DNA of 64,000 nt, taken from NCBI GenBank assembly GCA_964016885.1, contig OZ024756.1:38998001-39062000 (forward strand), written 5' to 3'. The notes below the pieces were generated by a model. It was not told the DNA's origin. It did no database searches and saw only the letters and a list, made by a program, of their open reading frames with translations. This document shows positions 1-14,045 of the stretch, one piece after another (the stretch's first letter is position 1; each line of letters starts with the position of its first letter). Source of the stretch: Eledone cirrhosa. Lineage: Eukaryota. A program made the translations under genes and the position numbers.

Positions 1-360
1 TTTGAAAAGGGCTTCTCTTTAAAAAAATAGCCTCCGTTTGATCTCCAACATTCCTTCAAAACAATCTCCTACCTCATTACGTCAGACAACGAAAATTATG
101 ACGTTTGATGATAATAAAAAACAAAGAAAACAATCACCAATCAATTAACATGACCTTCGAGACATTCCAATTATCCTGTCATTCTAGAAATACTATTTTT
201 CTTATTGGGGCCAACATCTTTTAAATTTTTACTTCTGAAAATACCTTCGTGTATCATATATTAAGTAGCTTTGTTTTCTCACGAACACTGGATTTGTCTG
301 TCTATCTATCTATTTATCTATCATCTATCTATCTACTTCTTTTCTCTCTCTCTCGCGCTC

Positions 361-442
<82 letters not shown>

Positions 443-471
443 CCCTCTCTTTCTCTCTCTTTCTCTCTCTT

Positions 472-516
<45 letters not shown>

Positions 517-608
517 TGTATGTAAAAGGTAAACAGAAATAACAACACAATCGGTACAGTATAAGGAAGGGATATATTAGGTTAACGCTTGATATAGCAG
601 GAAGAGGG

Positions 609-644
609 TCTTAACGTTTCGGACGCTGGTCTTTCATCAGAAGA
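609..644 (-). ncRNA. Minimal type I hammerhead ribozyme motif
   Basis: Minus strand reads TCTT-CTGATGA-A-AGAC cagc GTCC-GAA-ACGT-T-AAGA. Stem I TCTT/AAGA, palindromic stem III ACGT. A degenerate sister copy at 46215-46247 has perfect GGAC/GTCC but a mutated core. Confidence 0.65.
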
Positions 645-758
645 AAGAATGATATACACACTTAATAAAATTAAAAAAGGGGAGAACAAGACAACGAACG
701 GAAACAAAACAAAACGAAAAACATTTTTTTTAAAAGGGGAAACCTTAAAAAATTGTTT

Positions 759-850
<92 letters not shown>

Positions 851-1038
851 ACGAAGGAAATGTAGTAAGGAACCAGGTGGACCATAACGCACCAAAGTAC
901 TCAATACTTAGGGTAGTAGAGTGGGTAATAAGAACGAGTAGGACCCCGACGGCTGAGCTCAAGCCGTTTCGACGGCTAATTCAGTCCAGAATTAGCCGTC
1001 GAAACGGCTTGACCTCAGCCGTCGGGGTCCTACTCGTT

Positions 1039-1040
<2 letters not shown>
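851..1040. repeat. (TA)n-embedded fold-back repeat family A
   Basis: 51-bp arms 932-982/989-1039 with one mismatch. Other copies at 7663-7790, 41094-41493, 43549-43742, 45859-46112, 50366-50490 and 55160-55352. Confidence 0.85.
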
Positions 1041-1087
<47 letters not shown>

Positions 1088-1162
1088 CGATATTTCAAAT
1101 AATTAAATGACCAAAAGAATGTATAATAAGAATTAAAGGTGTTTTATTTCAAAGTTTTCAGT

Positions 1163-1302
1163 CTGGTACTTTATTTTATCGACTCCGTAAGGATGAAAGG
1201 CAAAGTTAACCTCGGTAGGATTTGAACTCAGATCGTAAAGGGACGTAACTATGCTAGAAAGCATGGCGTCCGACCCTCTACCGATACTGCCAATCCACCA
1301 CC
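1163..1302 (-). mobile_element. tRNA-derived SINE copy
   Basis: Reverse complement of the family sequence with A and B boxes. Confidence 0.85.
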
Positions 1303-1725
1303 ATTCACTGCCCTTAATAATGATAACAATAATGATGATTATTATATACATATCTCCTCTTTCTGTTTCTTAGACATTCACCTATAATTGACCTTTCTCC
1401 CCCTCACGTATGCCAGAAACGGGGGTAATATCGACTCTATAATCTATTTCTAACACATTATATATTGTTATTTTGCCAGTTTTTCCTCTATATATCCTTT
1501 TCTATAGATCTCTCTACTATCATCTAAAATTGATCATTTTTATTTCGTAATTGTTGTCTTGTTATCGATTTGTGAGTTCCTTTATTCTTGTATCTCGATT
1601 CCTTCTCCACCGCCAGATACCAATTTAAAATTCTGTCTTAGATTAATTCCTTCCTTATTCACATATCTCTCTTTCTCTCTGTGTGTGTATGTATATATAT
1701 ATGTGTGTGTGTATGTGTGTGTGTG

Positions 1726-1764
<39 letters not shown>

Positions 1765-1779
1765 GGGTGTGTATATATG

Positions 1780-1869
<90 letters not shown>

Positions 1870-1872
<3 letters not shown>

Positions 1873-1966
1873 AGTCCCCCCAAAAATGTATACACACTTC
1901 AACAGCATTCTAATAGATATTGCCTGTACAGGTAATCAAAGTGTGTATACATTTTTTGGGAAACCC
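1870..1966. mobile_element. About 100-bp MITE (Tc1/mariner-like TIRs, TA context)
   Basis: TIRs ccccaaaaatgtatacacactt / aagtgtgtatacattttttggg. Second copy in the opposite orientation at 46578-46684. Confidence 0.7.
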
Positions 1967-1992
1967 TATATATATATATATATATGTTTGTA

Positions 1993-2025
<33 letters not shown>

Positions 2026-2448
2026 CATGTGTGTACAGAGAGAGATAGAGGGGGAGAGAGAAAGACATAGAGAGAGAGAGAGGGGGGAGGAGATAGCGGG
2101 AAAGAGAGGTGGTGGTGGGGGGGGGGGGGGATATATGATCTAAGCTATACCTAACCAGCTCAATGACCCGTGAAGTTTGGCTATTTATAAGTTAGAACGT
2201 TATCTCTATCTATTTTAATCAAGACTGAAAGAAAACCGATGACTTTAAGGAGGGTCATTATTATCTGCAGCAGGAATACGTCATCAGAGGAAATAAAATG
2301 AACTCAATACATGATAAAGGTGTATCTATGTATATTATATCGGCGATCTATTTGTTTTGCAAGTTTGTTTTTTTTGTATGAAATCGTGTATTGAAACAAA
2401 TATTGTTATATTTGCGGGGCGGGGGTCATGTTGTCCTAATATTGCCAG

Positions 2449-2758
2449 AAAACCAAACCAAACCAAATCAAACCAAACCAAACCAAACCAAATCAAACCA
2501 AATCAAACCAAACCAAATCAAATCAAACCAAATCAAATCAAACCAAACCAAACCAAATCAAACCAAATCAAACCAAACCAAACCAAACCAAATCAAATCA
2601 AACCAAATCAAACCAAACCAAATCAAATCAAACCAAATCAAATCAAACCAAACCAAACCAAATCAAACCAAATCAAACCAAACCAAACCAAATCAAATCA
2701 AACCAAATCAAACCAAACCAAAGCAAATCAAATCAAACCAAATCAAATCAAACCAAAC
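2449..2758. repeat. Mixed pentanucleotide (AAACC/AAATC)n tract
   Basis: Direct reading. Lies between inverted taatattgccagaaa / tttctggcaatatta arms. Confidence 0.9.
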
Positions 2759-2825
2759 AGTGAGTGTGTTTTACTATATTTTTCTGGCAATATTACTAAC
2801 TGTATTGTTCACCAGTTGTGACATG

Positions 2826-3044
2826 GTTTTCTGATTTAGTCACAAGACCAACAACTTTGCAGGAGGGGAAAGTCGATTAAATCGACCCAAGGGCGTTACT
2901 GGTACTTTATTTGATCGACCCCTATAAGGATGAAAGGCAAAGCTAACCTCGGCAGGATTTGAACTCAGATAGTAAAGGGGCGTATACTCTATACTATACT
3001 ATAAAGCATGTTGTCCGACGCTCTACCGATTCGTCCAATCCACC
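2826..3044 (-). mobile_element. tRNA-derived SINE copy (long-tail variant)
   Basis: Same family, includes the ggggaaagtcgattaaatcgaccc segment. Related partial copies at 22643-22738, 23990-24107 and 51760-51910. Confidence 0.85.
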
Positions 3045-3141
3045 AATTGTGAAACATTAATAAAGCTATACCAACAAGATGGTCTGTTTTAATAATTCAC
3101 AATTCAATCTTATTACATTTTGTCCTTTTAACAAAATCCAC

Positions 3142-3244
<103 letters not shown>

Positions 3245-4429
3245 CCTCTCTCTCTCACACACACAATCTCCCTCACACACACTCATACAAATACACCCAT
3301 CTCTCTCAATTTATCTTCTTCACTATTTTTTCTATGCCTCCTCTGTATCATTTTCAGCTGCAAACCTTGTAGAAAACCTGCTCTGCACTTCCAATGCAGA
3401 TATAAGCTTTACACAATCACAACTTTCTCATTACATATTACCCTAACATTTATCGTTAGAAAAAGCCATCTGTTGCACTAAAATATTTAGATCGTTGTTG
3501 ACCTTTATACAAGAGATTTTAAAGAATGTATTTTTCTGCCATCATAGTCGGAGTTGGGTAATCTGACGAGATAAAATGATTATTGTTGTTTAGTTATGTG
3601 TATAAATTACACCATTTCTTTAAATATATATGTATGCGAAGTATATCTAGTTTTAGGGGTAATATATATGAACCTTAATTTCACGTTGCTCCTTCTGCCT
3701 GGATTTGTGACCGATAGGTAGTATTAGCAATTGAAAAGACCAACGGAAACACTGTTTCCTCGGTCCGATTTGACGAAAAGTTGATCGACTGTATATACAC
3801 ATCCTTCTTTATCATCTGTTTTAACATTTTCAGCTTCTCTTTCATTATTTCTCTAACCTTAACCATTTATCATTTTCCATCACTCGTTCAGTTTTCAGAA
3901 TATATCTTTGTCTAAACTAACCAACGATAACTATCCAGTTGCCCGTTTCCTACCTACAGCACCAACGTCTCAGTCAGTTATCTCCACTCCAGCATCCACC
4001 ACCAAACGCACTACGTCTTTAATTAAATATGTCTTCCTCGTTTATCAAACCTATCAACCTGTCTCACAGAACTACTTTTGTATTTATGTCTAACTCTTAG
4101 AAAATTAATTATCTTCATGCTAGCTTCCTGACGAAGCTTGTTCTGATCATAAATTGAATCTAAAAGAACAAACATATATGCAAAATTATATTTTCTGTTC
4201 AGTTAATTATTCATACTGGATGTATCTATGTGTCAGAAAACGTTACTTTACTTAATATTTTTTAAATATGTCATAAAGTGAGGTGGGAGAGTGGGTGTGA
4301 CTTACGCTACACAGTGAACATTAGTAATATAATTTCTTGGATAGCTTCAAAGATTAGCAGTGGAAATGTCTAGTGTCCTTGGCTCTAGGTCACCCTGCCT
4401 ACTCACCATCATCGGCACAGCACAGAGTT

Positions 4430-4780
4430 GGCTACCGAATCAGTTGGAGACGATTGCTTCTGAAAGGACCTGCTGGAAGGAGTACTTGAGTACACAGGAC
4501 CCGCTGGAAGGAATGTTTGAAGACTCTAACCCCTAACGATTCTCTCAGGAATAAGTGGGCGAAGAAGAAGAAGAAGAAGAAGAAGAAGAAGAAGAAGAAG
4601 AAGAAGAAGAAGAAGAAGAAGAAGAAGAAGAAGAAGAAGAAGAAGAAGAAGAAGAAGAAGAAGAAGAAGAAGAAGAAGCGGAAGAAGAAGAAGAAGAAGA
4701 AGAAGCAGAAGAAGCGGAAGAAGAAGAAGAAGAAGAAGAAGAAGAAGAAGAAGAAGAAGAAGAAGAAGAAGAAGAAGAAG
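4430..4780 (+). mobile_element. Shorter 3' fragment of the same RTE-type LINE with expanded (GAA)n tail
   Basis: 4433-4560 is homologous to 8322-8416. The tail is expanded to about 220 bp. Confidence 0.75.
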
Positions 4781-5207
4781 ATATTTGCATAATTTAGGGC
4801 AAGGACAGTGGAGAAAATGTGCATTAGATTCTTGGTACTAACATCCAAAACATAGAATTCTAGGAGGAGGACATGATTTAATCTGAAATTATTACAATAA
4901 TTTAAAAGTAAAATAATTTAGAAGATTTATACATTTCCTATAATAGACTAATGGGGAACATATTTCGCACAGATTCAAGAAACCCCTTCTCAAAGATAAA
5001 ACTTACAATTAATTCATCATTAGGATGATATATATCCTCTGAGTTTTGATGTTTGATCTCGACAAGATTTTAACTCGAAATGCAGAAGGTCCAAATTAAT
5101 TGCAGTATTCTGGTGTAGGCGGTTTGAAGACTTCCACCATTCACCGTCCACTATCCACCATCCGACATTCGGCAACATCATTAATGCTAAGAATCATTAT
5201 GATTGTC

Positions 5208-5208
5208 T

Positions 5209-5241
<33 letters not shown>

Positions 5242-6290
5242 CGATGACGATGATGATGATGATGGTGATGATGATGATGATGACGATGATGATGACGATG
5301 ACGATGATGATGATGATGGTGATGATGATGATGATGACGATGACGATGACGATGATGATGACGATGATGACGATGATGGTGATGATGATGACGATGATGG
5401 TGATGATGATGACGATGATGGTGATGATGATGACGATGATGGTGATGATGATGACGATGATGGTGATGATGATGCTGCTGCTGATGACGATGATGGTGAT
5501 GATGATGATGGTGATGGTGATGATGATGATGATGCTGATGCTGCTGCTGATGATGATGATGGTGGTGACGATGGCAAATAAATAAACGAGATAAACATGG
5601 AATAAAATTCAATATTAACCTTCAGAAGATGAAGAGCGACGATGGCTATAACGATGGTAACGATGACAACGATGGTGATGATGATGAGAATGACGACGAT
5701 GTGAAGGATGACTATAACGATGGTAACGATGGCTATAACGATGGTAACGATGACTATAACGATGACCGTATCATTATCGATGACGATGGTAACGATAAAT
5801 ATAACGATAGTGGTGATGATGGCGATGGTGATGATGGTGATGATGATGATGGTAATGATGGTGATGGTGATGATGATGATGGTAATGATGGTGATGGTGA
5901 TGATGGTGATGATGGTGATGATGGCGATGATGGCGATGACAACGACGATAAGTGTTATGACGACAACGTTGTTGTTGGTGGTGATGATGATGGTGGTGGT
6001 GATGGTGATGATGGCGTTGATGGTGATGGCGATGATGGTGATGATGGTGATGGTGATGGTGATGATGATGATGGTAATGATGGTGATGGTGATGATGGCG
6101 ATGATGGTGATGATGGCGATGACATCGACGATAAGTGTTATGACGACAACGTTGTTGTTGGTGGTGATGATGATGGTGGTGGTGATGGTGATGATGATGG
6201 CGATGATGGTGATGATGGTAATGATGATGATGGTGATGATGGCAATGATGGCGATGACATCGACGATAAGTGTTATGACGACAACGATGT
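5208..6290. repeat. (GAT)n-derived low-complexity block, duplicated inverted at 10985-11630
   Basis: Degenerate GAT/GAC/GGT triplets with unique linkers shared with the inverted copy. Confidence 0.85.
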
Positions 6291-6391
6291 TACCGCCTCG
6301 TCACAGAATCTGACGACAAAGGAAAGCCAACTGCAGCTAGGGACATTTAGAAACACTGTGTGGTGTGGTGTGTGTGTGTGTGTGTGTGTTG

Positions 6392-6422
<31 letters not shown>

Positions 6423-6456
6423 TGTGTGTGTGTGTGTGTGTGTTGTGTGTGTGTGT

Positions 6457-6521
<65 letters not shown>

Positions 6522-6713
6522 TCAAGTTGAGAGCCAGCAGTACTGTCAACAGCGACAGCAAATATGTGTACAAACATGTATTTCGGTTACAACACATCAA
6601 AGCTGGATGACAGACACGGCTGGTAAGGGGTGGAGACACAGAGGCACACACACACACAGAGGCACATACACAGAGGCACACACACACACAGAGGCACACA
6701 CACACACACACAG

Positions 6714-6744
<31 letters not shown>

Positions 6745-6935
6745 GGCACACACACAGAAGCACATACACAGAGGCGGCATGTAAGTGGTGGAGAAACAGG
6801 TACACACACACGCACACACATACAGAAGCACAGAAGCACACGCACACACACACAGAGGTACAGACACACGCACACACACACAGACAGAGGCATACAGAGA
6901 GGCACACAGAGAGGCACAGACACACACACACAGAG

Positions 6936-6993
<58 letters not shown>

Positions 6994-7275
6994 CCACTTT
7001 ATTTCTTGAGTTTCTCATGAAAACAGAACTATCGGTGTGTTTAACATAAATATATATTGAGGTAGTTGTATACAGTGTGTAGTAATTAAGTAACTCGGTT
7101 TATACACTCTTACAACCCACAGGTACAAACCTACAACACACCTTGAGTTACCTGTCTATTTCTTTGTCTGTCATATATATATATATATATATATATATTT
7201 CGTTTCTGAATTTGTTTAGCAAGATTCTTTATCTGAAAACGTGTGTTGAAACCGATATTATTATACTTATCCCCA

Positions 7276-7318
7276 GTCACTGAAGAGGTCACAGAATGTG
7301 TGACGAAAGAACTTTGAC
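7276..7318 (+). ncRNA. Minimal type I hammerhead ribozyme motif
   Basis: GTCA-CTGAAGA-G-GTCACA gaatg TGTGAC-GAA-AGAACT-T-TGAC. Stem I GTCA/TGAC, 6-bp stem II. Confidence 0.7.
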
Positions 7319-7787
7319 AATATATGAACAATCGTCTGGTTGTGGAACCAACCAACCAACCAACCGGAAATTTATAAATTCCTAAATTTATAAATTTAAT
7401 TTATAATAAATTGAAGTGAAAGCAACTGGTGCGTGTGTTTCTTATTGGCAACATGACCCTCCCAAAGTATAACAATATATATATATATATATTTATTAAA
7501 ATAACAGATTAAAGTTTAAGCAAAGAATGGCTGCTTTCACCCTTAACGGGATCTTCTGAAACTCTATTTGCTCTACGGTTCTTATATATCTGATATATAT
7601 ATATCCTTATCGGGCCCTCTTTGGATTTTAGTCTTCAAATTTATTATTATTACTATATATATAACAAAGGAATTGTGGTAAGGAACAAGATGGACCATAA
7701 CGCACCAGAGTACTCAATACTTAGGGTAGTAGAGTGGAAAATAGCCATCGAAACGGCTTGAGCTCTGCCGTCGGGGTCATACTTTTT

Positions 7788-7827
<40 letters not shown>

Positions 7828-7959
7828 GACAATTAATTTCGTTGTTGACATGTTCAGTCATTTTGTATGGCTATCGTGCATCGCTCTGCTATAATTTCAA
7901 GGTCTGGAGATGCTAAAGGCACCACCAGTACTAAAGGCATCACCAGAAAGACCGAATTA

Positions 7960-8445
7960 AAAGATCACAGCTCCGATACTATGGGTATGTGGTTAGAATG
8001 TCTCAGGAAAGAATCTCCGAATTGAGAGATCACAACTCCAATACTATGGGTATGTGGTTAGAATGTCTCAGGAAAGAATCTCCGAATTGAGAGATCATAG
8101 CTCCGATACTATGGGTATGTGGTTAGAATGTCTCAGGAAAGAATCTCCGAATTGAGAGATCATAGCTCCGATACTATGGGTATGAGGTTAGAATGTCTCA
8201 GGAAAGAATTACTGGACAGATTTTACCGTCAAAACCAACCGGTAGGAGACGCAGGGGTAGACCCCGAGCAAGATGGTTGGATAACATCCATGAGCTCAGC
8301 TGGTCTCGCTTAGGGGATCCAACCGGATCAGTTGGAGACAGTTGTTGCTGACAGGACCTGCTGGAAGGAGTGTTTCAGGACTCTGCCCCTCTTGACACTC
8401 TCAGGAATAAGTGGGCGAAGAAGAAGAAGAAGAAGAAGAAGAAGA
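7960..8445 (+). mobile_element. RTE-type LINE 3' fragment with (GAA)n tail
   Basis: Encodes ERSQLRYYGYVVRMSQER (four tandem 65-bp copies) and GRRRRGRPRARWLDNI, typical of the RTE ORF2 end. Ends ctcaggaataagtgggc(GAA)n. Confidence 0.75.
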
Positions 8446-8770
8446 CCATGGTAATATAGTTTGTAGATAGATGAGCCAATAAAAATATCTCGTTGTCTCT
8501 CGTAACAAAATGCAAGTCTCTATGAAAACACTTTACTGTGTGGTGACACACAATGGTATGACACATTAGATAATGTTCTGCTACACACCCACCTATAAAA
8601 CAGATGGGATGGCCTCAACTAGAATATCTTCTGTCTTAGGATTGTTGCATCACTGAACTCGGGTTTGAATAATAGCACCAGCAAACTTCCCTAGACTTCC
8701 CGAGATGAGTCAGATATTCTATAAATTGTCATTGATATGATTAAATCGATTATTGTAATCCTTCGCTCTT

Positions 8771-8880
8771 GTGGATTGGCAGTATCGGTAGAGCGTCAGA
8801 CACTATACTTTGCAGCATAGTGTTACGGCCATTACGTTCTTAGTTCAAATCTCACCAAGGTTAGCTTTGCCTTTTATCGT
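8771..8880 (+). mobile_element. tRNA-derived SINE head, diverged
   Basis: gtggattggcagtatcggtagagcgtcagac..agttcaaatc..tttgcctttt. Confidence 0.75.
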
Positions 8881-9269
8881 TTTACCATTTAAATTGCACT
8901 TTAATACTCATCAAATTTCACTCAAATGTTTGTGGAATATTACTAATTAAATTCATTTGTTTTTGATGTTGTTATTAGTTGGTCCTTACAGTTTCAGGTT
9001 ACCTTAGTGGAAAGGTGAAATATGTTTATATAAAGGTATCCATTTCTGTAAACACTAAGTTTTGTGAGCAGGTATGACACCAGGTTTATCGGGATGACAA
9101 AAAAAAGAGGACAGGCAAGCTAATATATTTCCTTGTATTATGCCATTATGATAATGTTGTTGTTGTTGTTACAGCTCACACCTATACAGGTTTAGCTGGC
9201 CTCCTCCAAGGTATATCTCGTTGGAGGTGTCTTGGGTAATTTAATGATAGGGACCCCAGTCCTATCATC

Positions 9270-9410
9270 TCATTTCTACAGCTGAGTAAACTGGAGCAAC
9301 GTGAAATAAAGTGTCTTGCTCAAGGAAACAACACATCACCCGGTCCGAGAATTGAACTCACAACCTTTCGATTGCAAGCCCAATGCTCTAACCACTAAGC
9401 CATGCGCCTT
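9270..9410 (-). mobile_element. Second tRNA-derived SINE family with CORE-like domain
   Basis: Minus strand GGCGCATGGCTTAGTGGTTAGAGC (A-box), GAGTTCAATTC (B-box), CCTTGAGCAAGACACTT (CORE-like). Fragment on + at 47355-47420. Confidence 0.7.
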
Positions 9411-10098
9411 CACGTTTTTGATAACACATGCTACTAGATTCAGTTTCTTAGCTATCATCACAGAAAATATTGTTTGTGTTACATTCTATAAGAATAAAAA
9501 TAAAAGAATATTTAAATGTATTTTTCTCAGTAAACAGTAAAACAAACAAACTAAACAACAGCCGGGTGGCTACAACTGGTAAAAGATTAAAAGACTAAAA
9601 GTGTAAAAAAGTTACGAGTCTAAACCCAAAATAACCGACAATACCGCTCGCAGATAGAATTATTAATAGCTTTCTGGTGACCACGTCATATCTCACGATA
9701 ATATATTTAGAACCCTGTGGACAACATGAGATTGCTGTTGATGTGGGTGTTGTTCTTTACATCATCGAGACATTCTTCTATAAGAGAGAGGTTTTAAGGC
9801 ATCCTTTTCTCTTATTAATCATGTTGTTTTGAGTAGTTATCTTCTGTTCTTGAAAAGTGCTGGCATAATACTTCAATGTAGGATGGGATAAATTTATCAC
9901 AGTTCCAGGAAATGCTACAATTCGTGGAAATATTGTTGGTAGCTTCTAGCTTGCGAGGTGTGTAGACATATACACACATAGATGAGTATTTCTTCTCCAG
10001 GTTTCGGTTTAAGTAGATTAGTCCATCTAACATTTAGTGACATGGAACAGCTGTTGTTTATCTATTATCAACATGGTATTATTTCCATTCAATGTAGA

Positions 10099-10132
<34 letters not shown>

Positions 10133-10138
10133 TAAATC

Positions 10139-10301
<163 letters not shown>

Positions 10302-10597
10302 TCTACATTGAATGGAAATAATAGGGAGAGATTTAATAGTCCCTATTAAATCTCTCCCAAGGTAACTCTCTCTTGTGTTGTTAATTTTATTTTATCCTTT
10401 ATACTCTTCCCTTCATTCTACACATCTCGCACATCTTATACACACCACGCATCTCAACGTACACCCACTTACATCTCTCTCTCCACCACCGGACCTTGTT
10501 ACTCGGAGATTTACCCATTTGCATTGTCGAGGCTTCCAAACGACTTAAAGATATTTACTTATTGTTCCACAATGCTTCAAGCAAACTTCAATACTCT

Positions 10598-10777
<180 letters not shown>

Positions 10778-11754
10778 TATGTGTGTGTATCCAAACATCC
10801 TCATTATATCTACAAGAATAGATATCTCTGTATCTACTACACGACACACTCTTTCTCTTCCGACCACGGGACTCTCTTTCAATCCCCCTCTGATATAGAG
10901 GGGGGGGGTCTTGACAGAGAGTCCCGTTCAATTCTTGTAGATATAATGAGGATGTTTGGATACACACACACACACACACACACACACACCACACCACACA
11001 GTGTTTCTAAATGTCCCTAGCTGCAGTTGGCTTTCCTTTGTCGTCAGATTCTGTGACGAGGCGGTAACATCGTTGTCGTCATAACACTTATCGTCGATGT
11101 CATCGCCATCATCGCCATCATTGCCATCATCACGATCACCATCATTACCATCATCATCATCACCTTCATTACCATCACCATCATCATCACCATCGCCATC
11201 ATCACCACTATCGTTATATTTATCGTTACCATCGTCATCGATAATGATACGGTCATCGTTATAGTCATCGTTGTCATCGTTATAGCCCTCCTCCTTCACA
11301 TCGTCGTCATTCTCATCATCATCACCATCGTTATAGTCATCGTTATAGTCATCGTTACCATCGTTGTCATCGTTGTCATCGTTATAGTCATCGTTGTCAT
11401 CGTTATAGTCATCGTTGTCATCGTTATAGCCATCCTCCTTCACATCGTCGCTCTTCATCTTCTAAAGGTTAATATTGAATTTTATTCCATGTTTATCTCG
11501 TTTATTTATTTGCCATCGTCATCACCACCATCATCATCATTGTCATCACAATTTAACATCATCATCATCATCATCACCACCATCATCATCATCATCATCA
11601 TCATCGTCATCATCATCATCATCATCCTCACAATCAACCTTACCATCATCCTCATCACCAGACTCCCCCCCTCTCTATATCTACTACACGGGACTCTGTT
11701 TCAATCCCCTTCTCTATATCAGTTAACCCCTCCCCAGCACCAACAACAAGAACA

Positions 11755-13665
11755 ATGACAATAACACCACAACCAACAACTGCAACAATAACAACACCAA
11801 GGAAAATATGAACAACATCAACAAAAGTGACAACAACAGCAACAAAAAAGGCAACTCCAAAATGACGTTCGCACAAACTGTAACAAAAATAGAACTATAC
11901 ACGTCAATTGACATAACTAATGCAAAACAACTACTACAAGACACAAAACAATACGTGACTTTTGGACAAAACGGTGCTTTTAGCATCAATTCTCCACAGG
12001 TATTACGTAGAGAGGCTGTCCTGAAAACTGTGGCTTTCAGGACAATATCTAACGAAACTAGAAAACCAGCTCAATTATCACAAAAGGAAATTGGCTGGTT
12101 CTAAAAGATGCAATGAAGGACATAACCTTCATCCAAAAAGGAAAACTATTTGGTAGCATTTCGGTGTTAATGAATGACCAGCCAACACCACAAAAATACT
12201 CTGTATCACCCATTGTGTCGCCCCGCTTCACCTTTTTCCCCACATACAGGGGAAAAAGGACACAAAAAATAAAAATTATGAGTATCACACCAAATGTAAA
12301 TATTTGGTGGATACTATGTGGATTCATTGATTTTGATGAAGACAGGATAATCTCAGTAGGAAAGTCCTCCGGGGGTGTATTTAGTATCATCTACTACCGC
12401 TTGACCGTCGTGCCTTGCCCAGCAAAAACGCTCGCCAAAATGGAGCGCGCGCTCTTCCGATTCCTTTGGAAGAAGCGGGCCTCTTTGGGGAGAAGATCCA
12501 TCTGCTGTCAACACCATTCGAACGGAGGGCTGGGGATGCCGTGGCTGACGCTGCGTAGACACGCATTAAGGCACCTCCAGGTATTCCTCTCCGGTCAGCC
12601 GGTGTGGGCCCTGTTTGTGAGGCGAGCCTTTCCGAGACTCGTCTCACTCACCGAGCTGCAATCCTGGGTCAAGCAAAGACCGAGAAAAGGGGGCGACTGG
12701 CACATTGAATGTGCCCAGGCGCTCACGGCCCTCTGGCAAGCGGATCCGGCAATTAGTGGAGACTCAACCTCAACATTCTATAGAGGGTTGGTGCGCAGCA
12801 AGTGCAACGACGCTCTCGGAGAGGCTCTGGGCATGGAGGAAGACGAGCTAGCCAGTCTGTTCGGTAGGACGTTTGGCTCGGAACTGATGGACAACTTCCA
12901 AAAGTCCCTGGCTTGGCAATGCTACCGAGGAGCTCTACCCGTTCGGGATAAGCTCTACAGACACAGGCGCCCGGGTAGGGATCCCTCGAAGAAGATCTGT
13001 CCGAGATGCGTGCGTGACGAGGAAACCGTCGCACACGCATTCGTACACTGCCCGGGCGTTGCTGACATGTGGGGCTATGTGGAACGACTACTGTCGCGGG
13101 TGGGACCAATCCGGTTGACCACCGAGTACATTGTCACGATCAAACCGCCCCCCCCCCCCCTTTCAAAAACGAAGGAGAGGCGGTTTTCCTCTGTGTGATA
13201 GCTATGGCGAAAGCGAAAGAGGTTGTATGGTGGACAAGGTTGAAAGGGCTGAGGTCAGACACCTTTCTCGCCGGCCAACAACTGGTCCTTTTTTTCAAGT
13301 ACCACTTTAGAAGAAGGATCAGAATGGATAGAGAGGTGCTCTACCCCAGCAAGTTTTATGAAAGGTGGGTGAAAGTGGCGAGAATGGCCCGAGTGAATGG
13401 GCCTTCTCTCTATATCAGCCTGTAGGTGAGAGAGGAGAAGAAGGAGGAGAGGAAGGGAGCACCCGCTCTTTGTGCTCCTGAAGAGGAGGGTTGCACATTT
13501 TTTTCGGGGGTGTGTGCGACCCACGTCAACTCCCCCTCCCTATTGAGGACATCGATTGTTAAATTTAATTTGTTATATGTTTTTTTTACACGTCTTTTTA
13601 AATGTATGTAACCCCCCCCCCTTGTATTTGTCCCCAATCTTTGATGCACTGGTGGCAAATAAATA
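11755..13665 (+). mobile_element. Tx1/L1-clade non-LTR retrotransposon, internally deleted
   Basis: 12385-13425 encodes an ORF2 C-terminus (LFRFLW, GGLGMP, zinc finger CPRC..ETVAHAFVHC) with a frameshift at the C-run near 13150. 3' UTR ends GGTGGCAAATAAA. The AT-rich upstream part (11755-12380) may be ORF1-derived. Confidence 0.8.
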
Positions 13666-13972
13666 TATCTACTACACGACACTCTCTTTAAATCCTCCTC
13701 TCTATATCAATTAACACCAGACTCTCCCCCTCTCTATATCTACATGTACATAAATTGTAGCGCATATACAAATATATGTTTTGGTAGTTTGGGGAGACAA
13801 ATATAATTATTGAGGGGGGGGGGGGGGGCAAGGCTACCTCCCCCCAGTTCCACAACACCTGATATATATATATATATATATATATATGCATGTATGTAGC
13901 TATATCTATACATATACATCTTTAGATATACGTGTGTACATGTGCAAATATATATAAATATGTATATATATA

Positions 13973-14045
<73 letters not shown>

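Noticed and set aside
5629-7020. 463-aa Asp/Gly-rich ORF
   Set aside because: Made of GAT, GT and CA microsatellites. The inverted copy differs mainly in repeat number, and there is no domain signal.
9340-9410. tRNA gene
   Set aside because: A and B boxes are present but the sequence runs into a CORE-like SINE body.
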